Source: Lytechinus pictus
Taxonomy: Eukaryota
DNA length: 64,000 bases
NCBI RefSeq assembly: GCF_037042905.1
Contig: NC_087251.1
Span: 25,670,001-25,734,000, forward strand
Reading direction: 5' to 3'
A model generated the notes under the pieces. The model had not been told where the DNA came from. It did not search any database and saw only the letters and a program-made list of their open reading frames with translations. Shown piece after piece: positions 61,020 through 64,000 of this stretch. Positions within the stretch are counted from its first letter, which is position 1, and each line of letters begins with the position of its first letter. The translations under genes were made by a program, and so were the position numbers.

Positions 61020-63226
61020 CTATTCCTCTTTAGATCCATTAGTAGGAGCTATTAATGAGTGACCATTTATTGCACCATTTCCTTTTTTCAAGCTACCTTC
61101 AACTGGAAGTATTTCTTCTGTACCATTGGCATGGCCATTGGATGCCTCTTGTCTCCTACTGTCTATGCCTCCATTCATCTTAATGTTCCCATTGGGTGTG
61201 GTCTTTGTGATGGCATCAGAGTTCTTGACTCGTCCTTTGTTTGAAGTTGGGATGTGCGAATTGGTCTCTGTCCGCGCACTGTCAGCCTTACTGTTTATAA
61301 TGGAATCACCATGTCCATCACCATTTACCTTTGCATCTCCATTTACTGGTTCCGTCTCTGGGTTGGCTCCATTTTCCACCTTCTGGGTATCACCAAGTGC
61401 AATATCCTTGTCTCCAGGAACCCCATTCACACCTGCAAGTTCATCCTTCATCCCTGTCTGCACATCACTATTCTTACTTTCATCCTCCTCTCTGTCCTCC
61501 CATCGATCTACCACATCTCCATCATCTTCCTGTGCTGCTGGAAAGGAGCTTGCATCCTCAGGCAAAGCCTCGATTTTCTCTCTCCAGAAGGCGCAGTGTT
61601 CCAGAGCATTCTCAAGGGTGCGCTTCTCAATCAGGAGGAGCTCTATGGCAGTACGCTCTCGAGCACTGAGCTTCTCGTCCTTCAACTTCTCCTCGTCTTC
61701 CTGAAATGATCAATATACAGTATGCACAAAAATTGTGAATCATTTCCCTTATCCTAATTGAATTATTTTTCATCTTTTCTTTTCCATCACCCTTTCATTG
61801 TCTCTCTTTACAATTTGGAAAAGTCTGTGGAAACTTTCTTTAATACAAGACATTTACTAATATGAGCATAAATTGTAAAGTTTGTATTACCTAACTGTAC
61901 TTTAATTGAGCGTAAGTAAGTTCATATCTGTGTTATTTTATGAGAATTTGAACTGCGTGTGTACAAGTGTGTGTGACTGGGCATCTATCAGAGTATATAT
62001 CAACCAGTTATAGAGACTTACAGCTGAGGATTGACCTATTACACACCATTTGAAGGATATAAATTGGGAGATTTAACCTTTTACGCTGCAAGCCACAACA
62101 CCCAGTGAACAACTTAACCCTAAAATGGCCGGGGGGGGGGGGGTTGAATCAACCCCCCCCTCAACATTTTCTGCGATCATTCCGCCGCGCGAAATTTTTT
62201 GACTGCGCCACTCGCAGAATTTATACTTTTAAGTCTCGCGCATCTTTTGAGACCAAATTTACGATGCCAGGGTACGCTGTTCCGAAGTTACGCAACATTT
62301 TGTAAGTGCATGTCAGACCAAAAATTGTTCCAAAACGTGATTTTGTGTACAAAGTCAATGCAAATTGAGTTTTCTCATCTTATTCATAAAGATATGATTA
62401 TTTTTACTTTAAACAGCTGAAAGCAATTTATTTTAGCATAATTATGCTTCAAAAAGGTTGTGCAATAAATCTGGTGAAAAAAACAAAGAAAAACAAAAGG
62501 TTGAAAAACAAGGAAATACATAAGAAATTCATAAAACAATAAAATACATAAGAAATTTATTTCTAAACCAAAGTTTTTTTCAATTGCCATTGTTAAGACT
62601 GCTACAAAGAATATTTTTACCAAAAATTAGCATTCTAGGAGCTTTATTTAGTGAATTAAAGCATAAAGTATGATTTCTGCATAAATTAGCATAATTAATT
62701 CATATAAAATAAAATCTCATTATTTTGGAAAATTTTACCATACAGCCTTGTAGATTACATCGCACACTACCAGCATGCAAATTTTTGCGACGCTCGCGCG
62801 ATCGGCGGCCGAGATCTCAGGGGGGGGGTTGAATCAACCCCCCCCCCCCCCCCCCCCCCCGGCCACAGAACAGCCAAAAAAGCCCGGCCTAGTTAGGGTT
62901 AAGAGGAATAAGTCTTATCACCTATATGGTTTGATTAAAATTTCAAAATTCCAATCATCAATTGGAAGTAATCATTTAGTATAATATAGCGACAAATAAA
63001 TAAACTTGAAACTAGCTAAAATTTGAAGGTTATTTTTGCACGTCCTTTGCATGTCCATATCCTACCTGAATGGATGTCTTGTACTGACGCTGGAGTAGTG
63101 TAATCCTTGTGGCTAGGTAAACACATGTACGTAATTCATTCAGCTTACTGACAATCTTATTCCTATCTACAAGGTTGTATAGAGCATTAGTCCTGTTCTC
63201 TCCCAGTAGACGGTCTCTCAATTCCA
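61020..63226 (-). CDS. SETD3: Actin-histidine N-methyltransferase SETD3, last two coding exons (rest beyond window end)
   Basis: Exons 63226-63066 and 61700-61020 encode ELRDRLLGE..VSKLNE...YLATRITLLQRQYKTSIQ/EDEEKLKDEKLSARERTAIELLLIEKRTLENAL. This matches the SETD3 Rubisco-LSMT substrate-binding domain and is followed by a disordered NG-rich tail. Confidence 0.85.
62118..62898. mobile_element. piggyBac-like MITE in the last SETD3 intron
   Basis: TTAA|CCCTAA..GGCCGGG ... CCCGGCC..TTAGGG|TTAA, with the subterminal palindrome ggggggttgaatcaacccccc at both ends. Confidence 0.88.
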
Positions 63227-64000
63227 CTGTGTAAAAGATACAAGCAATGGAGTTACATGGACAATATTTCTGGCTTCTTTCATCAAAATTTAAGCAAACC
63301 TGAGCGGTTTAATGCCAAGGGTGATCTATCAGATCCATTGGAGCAACAAACACCCCAAACAATGTTCTTAATTGGTATACTTCACCAGAATTCTAGCTGG
63401 TTTGGATAAATTCAACAAGGCATGCAAAAAAGTAGTAACGTCGTCGAAGTCAGTTTAAAAATGTAAATTAATGGAAATATGAATTCTGCTTCTTTTATGT
63501 GAAACAGCAATATGCATGTCAATAGAAAAAAAGGTTCTCCAGTATGAGCATAAGTCCAGAAGACAAAATCAAATATATATTGGTTATTGATATGCATGCA
63601 TATAATGTGTAAATAAGTGAGCTGATGTCATATAACCATTTTTTTTTATTCTGCATGTCATTACATGAACTCCAATATTTAATTTTTCTTAGATGTACAT
63701 AGAGTATCTCTCACTTGTAACAAAAACAGTAAGGATAATTTATCACATCAAATTATTTTTAAAAAAAGGTGGGCTTGTTTCTTGAATATCACTCATTAAA
63801 TATACATGTATAACTCAATGAAAATTGGAACAAAGAGATGAGTAGGGGAAGGCGGGGTAAGTTGTGACACTTTTTGCATTTTGCATGATAGAATTGATAT
63901 GACTAATGATATTGTAGAAATAAGTACCTCGCCTTTAAATATGATTCTTGGGAAATCTTTTTCACCTATATACAACTTTCTACCCCCACACAGAAAGTCG

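Noticed and set aside
61059..61709. Several long + strand ORFs (up to 192 aa)
   Set aside because: Antisense shadows of the SETD3 last exon.

Overview
AT-rich, intron-containing animal genomic DNA. An invertebrate deuterostome such as a sea urchin is inferred from gene and repeat style, not proven. Five host genes can be read by eye: the last two coding exons of FUT8 (+), SDHAF1 (+, one coding exon), a complete 7-exon RDH13 (-, with a GC-AG last intron), a complete 10-exon UBR7 (+, divergent from RDH13), and the last two coding exons of SETD3 (-). Introns, UTRs and spacers hold many non-autonomous DNA transposons (Tc1/mariner-, Kolobok-, piggyBac-, hAT-, Harbinger-, Academ- and Helentron-like), SINEs and LINE ends. 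The most unusual part is ~44-54.5 kb, between UBR7 and SETD3. It is a dense mosaic of decayed coding fragments from about eight unrelated mobile elements: Sola-type, Harbinger Myb, CR1/L2 LINE, P/THAP9, Merlin, hAT and two accessory-gene pieces. All lie on the minus strand, antisense to UBR7-direction transcription, which is the architecture expected of a unistrand piRNA-cluster-like locus. It also contains a young ~626-bp chimeric tandem triplication built from two non-contiguous segments. Family assignments come from remembered motifs; no searches were run.
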